DNA of 64,000 nucleotides. Source: Lobosporangium transversale (Eukaryota). Position numbers and translations under genes: made by a program. Shown here piece after piece: positions 12,801 through 26,229 of the stretch; the stretch's first letter is position 1, and each line of letters begins with the position of its first letter. The stretch is from contig NW_019028989.1 in the NCBI RefSeq assembly GCF_002105155.1, positions 682,001-746,000 on the forward strand. The letters run 5' to 3'. The notes below the pieces were generated by a model, which was not told the DNA's origin, ran no database searches, and was given only the letters and a program-made list of their open reading frames with translations.

Positions 12801-15217
12801 ATAACGCAACATTGTTGTTCCGTATGTTGATCCGATCGACATTGGCGGTGCGTAGGGTGATTGAAGAGTTCCATTTGACTCGTGAAGCATTTGATTGGGT
12901 TGTAGGTGAGATTGGTTCGCGTTTTGCACATGCAATTGTCAATCCTGGTGAGATGGTTGGAACGGTTGCAGCACAATCGATTGGAGAGCCTGCAACGCAG
13001 ATGACGCTCAACACGTTCCATTATGCTGGAGTGTCGTCGAAGAATGTGACACTTGGTGTTCCTCGTTTGAAAGAGATTATCAATGTGGCGACGAACATCA
13101 AGACGCCTTCGCTGAACGTCTATCTGACACCAGAATGTGCTCGTAACATGGAGCGTGCTAAGCAGGTGCAGGTTGCTTTGGAGTACACTAACTTGAAGAA
13201 AGTTACGTCGGCGACTGAGATTCATTATGATCCTGATCCCGAGAACACTAATATTGAAGAGGATCAGGACTTTGTATCTGCATACTATGCGATGCCCGAT
13301 GAGGATCTGAATTTATCCAGGACATCACCTTGGTTGCTTCGTATTGAGTTGGACCGTAAGATGATGCTTGATAAGAAGCTGACAATGGCGGATGTCTCGA
13401 ACAAGATATCAGAGGACTTTCAACGTGATTTGATGTGTATTTGTTCAGATGACAACGCTGAGAGGTTGATCATTCGCTGCCGTATTATCAATGAGGAAGC
13501 AGCGGACAAGCAGCCCGACGTACAAGACGAGGAAGATGTGTTTTTAAAGAAGATTGAGAACAGTTTGCTTAGTTCAATCAGCCTGCGTGGCATCAAGAAT
13601 ATTGCACGCGTTTACATGGTGGAGAAGAAGAAGACATACATCAAATCAGATGGAACGTTCGACTCTCAGAAGGAATGGTACCTAGAAACAAGTGGATCGA
13701 ATCTGAAGGCGGTCATGTGCGAGGAGGACGTCGATGCCACACGTACATACTCGAACAACTGTGGAGAAGTGATGGCCGTACTAGGTATCGAGGCGGCACG
13801 TCAGGCATTGTTGAAAGAGTTGCGCGGAGTTATCGAGTTTGATGGTTCTTATGTCAACTATCGCCACTTGTCGTTGCTGTGTGATGTGATGACGCACCGT
13901 GGCCACTTGATGGCCATCACACGTCATGGTATCAATCGTGCTGAGACGGGTGCACTGATGCGCTGTTCTTTTGAGGAGACTGTTGAAATTTTGATGGAGG
14001 CTGCAGCAGTAGGAGAGCTGGATGACTGCCGTGGTGTTGCTGAAAATATCATGTTAGGTCAGTTGGCACCTTTGGGCACGGGTGAATTTGATCTAATGCT
14101 GGATGAGAAGATGCTCAGTACTGTTGTTGAAGGACCACGTCCAGGCATGATGGGTGTGAATATGGGCATGGGTATGAACAGTGATAATTTAGCATCACAG
14201 ATGACACCATACGATGGACGGTCACCGCAGTATGTGGACTTTTCACACCCAGGATCGCCAATGGATGCGGTGTTCTCGCCAATGGGCAATTCTGGAGCAA
14301 GTTCTCCGATGGGAGCAGGTACATGGGATGCAGCAAGCCCGTTTGGCGCGACCAGTCCTGGATACTCCCCAGCTTCGCCTGGCTATTCACCCAGTTCGCC
14401 AATGTATGCAACAAGTCCTGGGTATAGCCCCACATCACCCAGCTATAGCCCTACATCACCCAACTATTCCCCTACATCCCCATCATATTCCCCTACGTCC
14501 CCATCGTACTCACCTACCTCGCCTTCTTACTCGCCGACATCACCCTCATATTCTCCTACGTCGCCATCTTACTCACCTACATCGCCGTCTTATTCGCCAA
14601 CATCACCAAGTTACTCACCCACATCTCCAAGCTATTCGCCTACGAGCCCGAGCTACTCCCCTACGAGCCACGGCTATGGAGCGACATCGCCGGCTTACTC
14701 TCCTACATCACCTTCATACTCTCCAACATCGCCATCGTACTCACCTACATCGCCATCATATTCGCCTACGTCGCCATCGTATTCACCCACATCACCTTCA
14801 TACTCTCCTACATCACCTTCGTATTCTCCTACATCGCCTTCGTATTCTCCTACTTCGCCCTCGTATTCTCCTACGTCGCCTTCGTATTCTCCTACATCAC
14901 CTTCGTATTCACCCACGTCACCAAGCTACTCGCCCACGAGCCCGAGCTATTCCCCAACGTCGCCTTCGTATTCGCCAACAAGTCCTAGCTACTCACCTAC
15001 GAGCCCGAGCTATTCACCAGCGAGTCCAAGTTATTCTCCAAGTTACTCTCCTAGCGCGACGTCATTCTCGCCGATGGATTACTCATCTGGTGGACAAGGC
15101 AGTGGTTCAGCGACACCAGGACGACCTGGATACAACCCTGTGGGAGGCAGCAACAGCTCTAGTTCTTCTGGCCAAGGTAAATCCTCAAATGCCAAGTACT
15201 CTGATGATGAAGAGTAA
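9005..15217 (+). CDS. RPB1: RNA polymerase II largest subunit, 6 exons (approx. 9005-9091, 9207-9405, 9569-9639, 9803-10450, 10572-12084, 12198-15217)
   Basis: [11 protein letters not shown], clamp zinc motif [28 protein letters not shown], catalytic [11 protein letters not shown], bridge helix [16 protein letters not shown], trigger loop [12 protein letters not shown], heptad CTD; GT-AG introns. Confidence 0.99.
14360..15060 (+). repeat. RPB1 CTD 21-nt coding repeat (roughly 30 YSPTSPS-type heptads)
   Basis: Tandem YSPTSPS in ORF 12185..15217 with synonymous codon variation. Confidence 0.97.
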
Positions 15218-16096
15218 ATCTGATTCTGCAAGCAAAGAACTCGGAGGGAAAAGATGTTTGTGTACGGTCTTGATTAGTTTTGTAAAGTATGTTAGTAAAA
15301 GGAAATACATTAAAGAAATAAATAGGAGTTTAAAAAAATCTTCAGTAGCCAAGAAATGAAATGAATGTGCTGTGTGAAGTAATTAAGCACCCGAAGTTGA
15401 AGTTGAGGACGGTTGTTCCTGGATCGCATTGAGCATATAAAGATGTTTGATTGATAAACCAAATTGGTGACAAGATAATATAGATCCACAGTGTTTGAAC
15501 CATGAACTTTTTATTGTATTCTTGCGCTTTCATTTGTCCCCTCCTTCGGCAGAACATTGGCTCTATACGATTCCTCTCGTTTACCGCAGTGCTTTCAAAT
15601 TATAATATGCGTATTTGTCCATGTCATTATGAAATAAAACCTCTTAACATTCACAGCTTTGATAGTGAAATTGGCTTTATCTACGGGATTGCAGGAGCTT
15701 TTCAAAAATTCTGTCATTTGCACGTCCAATAATGACCATCCTCTTCTGTACTCCCATCATGTACTGCCCTCGGGAGGTATGCATCTCTGACTTCCAGATG
15801 AGTTATCTATACTCTCCGTCATGTTCTCTACTAAGGCCTGTGTGATGTAAACGGCCAGGGATTCACTTTTGGTAACTACTGGACTGTCTTTTGGCCACAC
15901 TTGGCACTCTTTTCGGTGGCAATTGTTGTCCGTGATCATTGTGTATACCAATATGAGGTGCGCCACTAAAATAAAAGCAAGATATTTGACCGTCACCTGT
16001 AAACAATTTTTTTTTTTTTTTTTTTGTGCTCTGGTTTTTGGTTTCGTCTCTTTCTCATTCACAAACTCACAAACAGGACACGCATTCAGTAGAGCA

Positions 16097-17858
16097 ATGG
16101 GGATTGACAAGAAAAGAAAGCGCTCCAAAGAAGAGGAGCCAACGATTACCTCTGGAGGAAGTAGAGCGAAACGTGTGGAGGTGATTGAAGAAACTTCTAG
16201 AAAGATGGCCGAAGTTATCAGTGCCAGCACCGGTAGTAACATGAGGAATAGCAAGGAAAGCAAGGAAGACAAAAAGGAAATAAAAGACAAAAAGAATAAG
16301 AAGGAAAAGAAAGAAAAGAAGAAGAGAGGGAAAGAAAAAAAAGAGAAGAAACGTATCGTTTCTGAATTGCCTCTATCATCACTTCACAGCGAAGCTGATT
16401 CTGATACTACAACAAGCCTCGGCATGGATATGGATGTAGATTTAACCCCTACAGCCACTACAGAGGAACAGAGAATTATGAAAGCGCTTACTGAGGTCAA
16501 AGAGACTTCTGATCAAGGGAGAGATTCCAAGAAAGCCAAGGACATGATACTGGTCAAGTCAGTGAAATTTAATTCAAAGGATGCGCCTCCGACACTTGTC
16601 ATGAACACTTCAAACATCACGGCTGACCATAATATTAGCAGTAGCGATGACTCGGGTGATTCAAGAAAGGACAATGAGAGCGGAAAGGATGGAGACAAGA
16701 AAAAGACTAATCAACTCAAATGTACAGGCTCATTTCGTGCTCTTCTTTTGCACCATGGCTAGGTTAGAATAAACCAGTCTTCAAATGGTGGACTAATATA
16801 GACTTGTCCTTGTATCTTATTACTTCCTATTACATAGTGGATGGTTTGACAAAGAAGGAACGGAAACTTCTAAAGATCAAAGAGAGACAATTTAACAGGA
16901 AAAGCGAAGGAGATGGTGAACCTGCTTTTATACTTAAAGATGGTCACGATCTAACTTTGGGGGTATGAGTTCAGGCAATGCGCTTAGTTATCATATATAA
17001 CCCGGGTAATGCGTTTACTGGATTTATCAATTCAAAATTTTTTTAATTCTTGCTGCTACTGTAGGAGTTACGTGACCTTGTTGTTTTTATCCTGACAGAG
17101 ACCCCATCATTGCCATGGATCCAAGTTCTCAACAAATTCAAAATTGAAAAGGTTTTATTACTTTACATCTCAGGCCTTGACCCAAAACTGTTTCATATGA
17201 ATGCAAGATCCTCAGATGCGCACAAGTCCATCGCATGGGCCCAGCGTGCAGACACCCATATGGGCCCCGTTGAAGAATTTGAACATCTAAGAGAGTATTT
17301 TGACCGGGCTAATGTTGTCAAAGCAGCTGGAGACAAATTCAGAATCTTTTCGCCAACAAATACACTGTTGAATGTACCACTGAGTAACTCGGAGAAAGTC
17401 AAACGAGAAAAGGAAAAGGAAAGAAAAGGTATCTCCATAGAGCGTTATGGGTTCTTCTCAACATTGATTATATACTTAAATTTCTATCTACTCTTTTGTT
17501 TATATTGCCTTACAATTTATACTTTCAATTATTGTTTCCAATCTAGAAAAAAGCGCAGGGAGGAAAACAAAACCAGAAAACTATATGATGTCGTTGGAAG
17601 AGCTGCAGGAAAATAAGTTTCCTCTGCCACGATACCTTCTTGAAGAGGCATCGAATCTGGGTGAAGGTTGGATTGAGACACCAAAGCTCAAAAAGACCAC
17701 ATTAACACCTCCTCCCAAGACAATGATTGCCATAGACTGTGAAATGGTTAGTATCATTACTACCATTCTTTTGTTTTCTTCCTATCAGTCATGTTGCGCT
17801 ATCTATCGCCACCGAATGTTGCCTAGAGTGGTTTATCTTTACTCATTCTTGCATTTAT

Positions 17859-17937
<79 letters not shown>

Positions 17938-19099
17938 CAGTGTAAAACAACAGCTGGTACGGAGTTGACGCGTGTGACTTTGATAAATCATGAAGGCAAA
18001 GTCATCTTAGATGAACTAGTGAGACCAGAAAACCCTGTATTGGATTATCTTACTCAATACTCAGGCATGACCGCTGCGAAGCTTGAAGGTGTCACCACAA
18101 GGCTAGTAGATGTTCAGAAGAAACTGAAAAAAATCATCAACTACAACACTATTCTTGTGGGCCACTCTCTTGAGAATGATATGACTGTGTTAAAGGTACA
18201 AATACAAAAAAATGGCCTAAAACCTGGTGTATTAGGCTTGCTGAAACTAATCGTTGACCCTAATGGTTACCGTTGGTCCTTTTTTTTCCCCCAAGCTCGC
18301 TCATCCATTCATTATCGATACTAGTTTAATCTTCCACCATACTCGTGGACCCCCATATCGCCCTGGATTAAAATGGTTAGCACAAAAATGGCTGCAACGT
18401 CATATTCAAGATAATGTAGAGCGAGGACATGATTCTGCAGAGGATGCGCTTGCATGTATGGATCTTGTTAAGCTCAAGTTGTTAAAACCTAAAGGGTTCG
18501 GCGAATATGAACAAGATCAAGAGTCACTGTTCTCAAGATTGCATCGGTTCAACACCCTGAGGACCTCCGCTTTAGTCGATTCAGACGCTTTTGCGGGACA
18601 GTCCGCAACGACTACCATCCGGACTGCAAGTGATGAAGAGGTTGTGAAGGCTATTCCTGAGGTTATTCAGAAACACAATTTTGTGTGGGCACGTCTAAGA
18701 GACATTGAGATTAATCATGGAAAGGTTCCTGAACAAACTCCAGTAGAAAGGCAAGAAGTAGACAAAGGGCGGGGTGCGAAAATTAGCAGTGCGGACAAGA
18801 TCCAAGCTTCAGAGGAAGAGATTCGTGCAGGTATTCGATCTATTGACAAGAGCGTGAAGGCGATTATGGACTCACTGCCATCACGTACTGCTGTGATTAT
18901 TACGAGTGGACAAGGTGATCACCGCGAAGTGTCGAGGTTGCAAGCAAGGCAAAAGGTGTTTCAAGAACTGCTTAAGCAGAAAGGTTCAATCAATGAAGTT
19001 CCACAGCAAAACCGCTTTCTGGAAGAGGATATGCGCAAGCTGGAAATAGCTGTAGAAGATGCAAAGGGTGGTATTTGTCTTTTAACAGTAAAGAAGTAG
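16097..19099 (+). CDS. REX1/RNH70-like DEDDh 3'-5' RNA exonuclease (multi-exon)
   Basis: IAIDCEM (ExoI), DYLTQYSGMT, LVGHSLENDM (ExoII), IIDTS, GHDSAEDALAC (ExoIII); Lys-rich N-terminus. Confidence 0.9.
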
Positions 19100-19326
19100 C
19101 GAGAAGAATAAAATTGCACCAGAAGAATGTCAAGGAAATGAAGTCGATATTTAGTCACGTTTCAGACATCAAGAAACTCCATGAACTTAATAAAATATGT
19201 CGATCAATTAGACCATATTGGCCCGAAAAAGAAAAAAAAAAAAAAAAAGAAAAAAGAAAAAAAAAAACACTACGCAGGTATTAAATATTGTACAAAATGC
19301 AGTTTATCCATAGTAATATCTCTTAG

Positions 19327-20351
19327 CTATTCTTCATCGTAATTGTCTTCATCCTCAGCCCGTTTGCGTTTCCAAAGATCATGGTTTAGCAGATTCTGCT
19401 GATTCTGTGTCAACGACTGCTCCACAACAGCATCTTTCATTTCCTCATCTTCGTCCTCGTCTTCACTCTTAACTTTGAATAGTGATGGTGGTTCTGCTGA
19501 TAACGGTGACGCCAATGGCGCTTCTCCTACTCCTCTTCCTCCTATTGACGTGCTTATAGCATCTGATGAAAGACGCTGAACACCCGATGGCGGTAGCTAT
19601 TAAGCAATGAGTCATAGGACATTAAAAAAAAAACTGTTTAGTACAAAGACGTAGTTGGATTAAAGACCATATCCAAGGGGTATATCGCTCTTACCTCTGG
19701 AATAAGTTGAAAATTGACTGCTGTAAGACAATGTCGTTCATGAGGCAATCGGATACCGTATTTTTCTGGGATTAAAGGAAGAGGGACCTTATTCTTTTCT
19801 TCTGCAAGCTCGAGCAAGAACTTAGGAAAAATAAAAATAGTAATGGTCAGCATGTGCACAGAGGTACACTATTTTCACCATATTTCAATCAATTACCTCT
19901 TTGAGCGGCGGTGATGTGAAGGAATGGTTAACACGGCCCTGGATAGCTAACTTCACATCCTCTAGTCCGACTTCGGTCCTGCCTGCATGTTCAGAGTAGA
20001 GAAGTGCATCCTGAAAAACATCCGTGGTATATCCTAAAGACACATTATATGTATAAAAATAATATTGCTACGCGCTATGAGTATTAAGCATAAACCATAG
20101 CACATGCTGAACAAGAGAAATAAGACATACTATGCGCGAACTCGAGTAATTGATGAATGACTTTTTGCTCAGTATCCTCCACTGAGAGTGACTGAAGGAT
20201 CAGCGAGATGACTAATTGAAAGTTGAGCAAAACAGTATTGAAGAATAAAAAAGTCAGAATGTCTGCGCTATTTTTGGCCCATGAGCGGCTCCATTGAATG
20301 CAATCCTCTGCGTGTACCTTTTGCATCCCTAGGCTGAGTTGTCTGTGCCAT
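19327..20351 (-). CDS. TAF9: TFIID/SAGA subunit TAF9 (multi-exon)
   Basis: Spliced MAQTTQPRDAK|..LILQSL..VIHQLLEFAH|RYTTDVFQDALLYSEHAG..DVKLAIQ..FTSPP..FLLELAEEKNKVPLP..GIRLPHERHCLTAVNF histone-fold motifs. Confidence 0.93.
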
Positions 20352-20683
20352 TTCTGACGTCTTTAATGGATGTTTCTCAGATTATGCCCTCTCTGTTCTT
20401 TTCTGATTAAGAATAATTAAGAATAATATTTATAATGATTGTTGAATATCACCTGACTAATACCCGATATGATCTGTGCAAACCAATCAAAATGGACTTT
20501 ACAACCTTTACAAGGGCCTAATGACCGTTCTATTCAAGTGGGGACTACCCACCAAGCAGAAACAAACCACCAGTAGCGGAAAAAGCTGCAATCAAAATGA
20601 TATCGCATCTAGTACAGCATTGGCCCACCAGCTAATGAGCATGGATAGATATGACGAGACCCTTACAGTTACTATCTGTTGAT

Positions 20684-23219
20684 CTGTACGGTTTTTGCAA
20701 AAGATTAGAGAGGATACAGGAGACGAAAATAAACAGAACTTACAAATTTTTTGTGGGTGTGCCGGCACCCAAATACTTGTGTCTAGCGTCGTGCGCGCTT
20801 TGCAGCCGGAGCAGGGACTCTTCCGTGGGCTTGTACTTTGCAGGCCTCTCTTGCCTCTCAATTTGAGCAAGACCGATTCTTGCGATGTTTTCCGCCCCTA
20901 CTGCGTCACGGTCGAAGAATACCTTACATGTCCAGCAATATTTAGAGCGAGGGTACACCGTCTCTAAAAAGCTATCGCAGAGAGGTCGGGGACAGCGGGC
21001 GCTGGTGTAAAATTCGTGCGCCCCTACAGTGAAGTGTCCTCGTGCTTTGACCTAAGCGTTTCAAATGGCAGTCGTTTATTAACAAGGGCTCTATGGCTTT
21101 CCAGCTTTTCTTACTTTTTTTAAAAAAAGCCATACCTGTGTGACAAGGTGTCTCGTTATAGCAGTGTGCTTGCTGGGAACTCCTTTACTACTTTCAACGG
21201 ACCCTAGGCCGACGAAAAGCACCCCTTTTCCCCGAGCATCTTCAACACTCGCTGCACCGCGTAGTCGAACGTAGCTCGTTGAGCCTTTCGTAGGTCCCAT
21301 TTTTTTTTCAGGTCCACCTGGACTCGTAGAATTCTTGAAGCACATCCAAATTCTTTGATCCTATCTGTGTCTGGGACTCCTCGTTCATCCATTGAAAGTA
21401 CTCATTGTACGTATCCCTTCCAAACACAGGGATGGCGCTCTCAACCTCAATCATTCCTTTTTCACGCTTCCTTTTGTTCAACAGGTGATTGAAGCGGAGG
21501 ACGGGGAGGTACAAGAACCTGCTTCTCACCTTTACCTTTTGCCGCAAGTTAGGGTTGTGAGGATCCAGGGAGGAAAACGTAAGGGCGTTAACAATACCAG
21601 TATCACATCCGACGATAGTTGTGGTGTTTACGGATGGGCATCGCCCTGGTTTGTTGAATGTGAGCTCAACGTTTTCAAGCAGTTTGGAGCTCCTCTTCCA
21701 GTTTATGTTTGCGTAGTCTTCATCTGTTAGGTCTTCACCGGCCGCCTCTGAACACGTCGTGTTGAGAAATCCCTGAGAAAGCTCCAGTTCTTGGCTGGGG
21801 TCTTCTTCATCTACGTCAGACTGCTGCTGTCTCTTCTTCGTCTGGGTTGTGTCATAGGCAAGTAGATTCAGAACTAGACCGTTGGTAGAAACTGTTCCTT
21901 TGAGTTTGAACCGAGTTAGATCCTTGTCCTGTGACTGCAGGGATACTTTGTCTCGATATCCAAGAACCATGCGATCGCCTCCAATGTCACAAAAGAGAGC
22001 CTGAATCAAAACCCCTTTTGTTCCCTGTACACACTCAAACATTGCAGTCTTGGAAGGATTGTCGAGAGGCAGAATACGCTCCAGCAGCTGCTTGGTATCT
22101 TCGTTCGCCCAGAGGGTGTCAACTAGGGCGTGTTCAGACAGATACACATACCCGGGTGACCAGGGGGACGTAGGAAAGTCTGAGTATTTTTTCACTTTTT
22201 TGTTCTCCCGCAAAAAAAACTCAATGTCGCTCATATCTTCGTTTGTTTTCTCGACATCAAACTAGGAAAAAAAAAATAAAAATAAAAAATAAAAGTCTGA
22301 ATAAAGAGCATTTGATTGCAGAATATACATGAAAATACCTTACACAAGGTTATACCATTGCGTTCCTGTACTGCCGCGTTCCCTCCCAACATCTCACTAG
22401 CTTCCCTTAGGTAATCTCGAAGCATTTTATTGTAGTTCTCGTTCCACGCAACCTTTCGAATTAATCGAAGATTATTAATCGGGCCAACGTCTCGAGGTTC
22501 CTTGAGTAATCATTGCCTGCGATGGCACAGAATAACACCAGATGTTCATGTGATGACGGGCTTAGTGCTTGGATAACGTTGTCTACATCGTAAACCCCAA
22601 ACTTCCGTCTACGGTGTGGAAGGGGTCGCGCTAGGAAGCAGACTCGTTCGCACGCAAAAAAATCAGAGTCTTGGGATATCACGATTCTATCATTCTCCTC
22701 ATTATGGCACCCTATGCATGGGTCCGCTTCATATGTACACAGACAGACATCGAAGACAGAGCTAAGGCCTGTTGCCAGCTGATCCTTTTCCTGGACGCTA
22801 AGGGTGTGGACTTCTCGAAGACCCTTCTGGATGCGCCTCATGACTTGAGGACGAGTCCATACCCCACTCCGAGAATTTCTCTCGAAGGTGCTCATATCGT
22901 TCTCCAAAGCATCCATATTTTTTTCTCTTATGGCTTGCCGTTCTGTCCTTGCTTTTTCTTTCTCAGTACAAGGTTCCCCATCAATATGTATAGTCAGATT
23001 GTCCTTTATCACGAGAGCCAGGGACCTTCCTACATCAATGATGGATTCGCTTTTCATCTTGGCATGGACGACTCTGCGGAGGGTGTCGTAATAGAACGTA
23101 CCGAGGAGATCTACATGAACAGAATGGTCAGGGTTTGCCGCCAAGAAATTGCCCACGTCAGTTTCCGAAGGTAAAACCCCGCGATCCGCAACCAGTTTGA
23201 AGAAGGACTTCAGCCCCAT
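20684..23219 (-). mobile_element. XPG/FEN1-like PIN nuclease fused to Fanzor-type RuvC, copy 1 (frameshifts, internal deletion)
   Basis: N-term MGLKSFFKLV, VHVDLLG, IHIDG..EK, YEADPCI, SQDSDFF, GNDYS. C-term TTIVGCDTG (RuvC-I), FVGLGS..GVPSKH, VGAHEFYTSARCPRPLC..KYCWTC..FDRDAVGAENIA (RuvC-II Glu, Zn finger, RuvC-III). GT-AG introns. Confidence 0.85.
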
Positions 23220-23284
23220 GGTCAATATCTAAGCGAAAGAGAAAGAAAAAGGAAAAATGGTGGTGATGAAAAGAAATGAAAAAG

Positions 23285-23317
<33 letters not shown>

Positions 23318-26229
23318 GACAAAGGTATAAAAGGATGAGATTTTTTATGGTTTAAAGATCCAAAGTGAATAGATAAAGAATATTGAGGGAAAGATACAGG
23401 AACAAGTGGCAGTGGTAAAAGGGATGGGACTTTGAAGGAGGAAGGCAATGGTCCCTTTTTATATCCTGGATTGATCATGAATTTTAACATTGTCTCATAT
23501 AGTTTTGATATCGATCCTTTGCTTCACAGGCCACATCAATCTTTATTCAGTTTCTTTGTTTGGATTGGGGTTTGTTCAAGTCAATAGCAGAGATTGACAA
23601 ATAAATACAAGCTCTCGCATGAACGGCAGATTGGAAACAATAGCATTGAGATACCAAAGTGAGCATTCGAAAATCATCTCCATATACAGCATACAGTGTC
23701 GATGTCGATCCTTTGTTACACAATTTTTTTTTTTTTTTTTCAGTTTCTTTTGTTTGTACTGGCCCTTGCTTTGTGCTTTGTGAGGAATTTAATGAATAAA
23801 AGAAGATTTATAATTTTGAACAGGGGTAATAAATGCATTGACAGATATGACTCGGTGATTATAGGTAACAACTAAAGAAAAAAAGTCTTTTTTTATCAGA
23901 GAATGGCTTCAAATGATGCTCTTTGCTCCAACAGCCCCAGTACTATTGCGTTAAAGCAGAGATATTCGTTGACTCTCAGATTCCGGCATCAATGGCGGAG
24001 ATAGGAGTGATGTAGTTGCATGCGCTTATTGCTTGGAGTTAAAGCTATCTAAGCACCCTTTCTTACTGGACGATGCCTTGTTAATGGTGATATTGCGCAG
24101 CGCCTTGTGGATGGAGGGAGAGCAGAAGCGAGAGTGGTGGTTTTTGGCGGTCGTTTGGTGTGTGTATGTGTGAATTTGATAGTTGATACCAATCGCCAAA
24201 ACATATGCATCTAGAAATACAGAAGCGAGATTGATACCGACGCGTTTGATCCTTTCCTAGGGATTGTTATAACCATGGGATGATTGTGGAGTGGCCACCA
24301 AAATAAAGTTTGTTTGGAGGCACCAATGGAAAACGCTTGTGTTTTGAACAAAAAAAGACGCCGCGATGTAAAATGTGTTTATACATGTACAGAAACCAAA
24401 GAGATGCTTCAGCTGCTTATTCGTGCACACAGTGATTGACGAACAAAAAAGGAAAAAAAAGCCCGCGATGAAAGAAGGCATGTGCAGACAACAAATAAAC
24501 ACAGCAACTGTTTGCTCACATACATTTTTTTCACCGTTGTCTGTATCTCTTCTAAGCTTTCTGTCTGGCCGTCTAACACAAGGAACCCTCAGAAAGAGAA
24601 ATACCTCGCATGATTGGTGCCAGGTCTGAAAACAACAATAATGCAATGCTGTACGTGGAAGATAGGGTCTAGAAACTATACCATTGATCACAACTGCTAC
24701 TCATGCCCTCTTGCCAAGGACTTGAACATGCATACCAACCCCTTCTTCCTTGCTCTCATAACCGCTCACATCCTTTCGATGCATTCTTCCGCCGTTTATG
24801 TCCACTACATCTGAACCACACACAGTTCACCACTCACTCCAACAGAGATATTTGTATCACCTTGGGTATGATATGTTGTTGTGGTTCCCTCTGGTTTCAA
24901 CAGGCCCAACAAACTCTATTAGCAGTGTTTACCAACCCAGATACATCAAGGGAACGCAAGAAGACGAGCAAGTAAATGATGTGACAAATCAAGTCTTGCC
25001 GAGCTTTACAGGGTGCGGTAGAATGAATCAACTCAGATTGCCCTCCTTTCAAGTCGAGACTACGGCGGCGAATATTATCACTGCTATATTACACCTGTCA
25101 ATAAATAAACGATACAATGGACTCCCAAGAGGATGCTAGGGTCATGCGAAAGTCTTCATGAGTTTTTTATTTGCACAAATAAAGAAGCCAGGATAGCTCC
25201 ATGACAATTTAGTTTTCGGTCATTTATTTCGACATCGAAATGAATTTTCAAGACAATGCCCATGGATTGCTGGATTTTAAGCCCATTTATAATGGCAAAT
25301 TTGCCCTTGTTACGGACGAAGGGATAAGGCACCTTTGGGTCAACTACTTTGATAATGACCAGTCAATATGTAAAGTGGATAAGTTGCATTTCCGAATGAA
25401 GGGAAGTTTCGAGGAAGAACAACATAGATAACCTCTGTTTCAAGCGATTTTCGCTTTTACCTCAAAGTTTTTCATTTTTTTTCATTTGAAAAGTATACAA
25501 TTAGCCGCCGTGTAAGAAGGCGTTGATGTGATTATTCTCAAGAGTTTACACTAAAGTGCTTTTGGTCACGCAGTCATTTGAATCTGAAGTTTACTTGATA
25601 CAGGGTTTACGACAGATCAGACATGATGGCAGCAGCATTCAAATCATATTCAGTCTCTCAAGGCTCCCACAGGACTGTATTGGCAACCTTTATGGTGAAG
25701 GTGTTCACAGAGTACAGATATAAACGCAGAGACAAGCGTTAATGAGCTTCTTAATGAGAACACAGCATAGATCAAGCAAACTCCTACATGATACGTGTCT
25801 CACTGCAGACGTTCAATAGTGGCAACGTCTATCGTGACAATACAACAGCGATGCTACTTCCAAGTGGAGGAGAAATTATTCAAGAGCTCACCAAGATTAT
25901 CCCATGAAGCACACTCATATTAATAATCTCAATGGTCTATCCGATATAGTTCTACTCTTTAGCGGGTTGAGTCTGGACACCTTGAAGCGCCTCTCCAATT
26001 GGGAGCAAAGGCCCCTTAGTTCAAAGCAGATCCTACATTGATTGCAGCATGAATTTATGCAAGCCTCATGTGTCCACGCAGAATTCAATAAGTATTTTAT
26101 CATTCCATAACCCCGTAATCCCACGAAAAGTCATCTTTAATGAATACTTTTATCGAGCTATACTAGACATTTTTGAATTTTTATTTTACTTTTTTTTTTA
26201 AAAAAAAAGAAAAGAAAAATCAATCGTCT

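Noticed and set aside
14360..15060. Regular 21-nt repeats and overlapping ORFs (14214..15359 +, 14695..14916 -) resembling an array or separate gene
   Set aside because: This is the RPB1 CTD heptad coding repeat; the other frames are shadows. It is not CRISPR, as there are no unique spacers.
20496..20530. Weak resemblance of copy 1 downstream sequence (minus: ggtcattaggcccttgtaaaggttgtaaagt) to the conserved 3' block
   Set aside because: Too short and gapped to distinguish from chance by eye.
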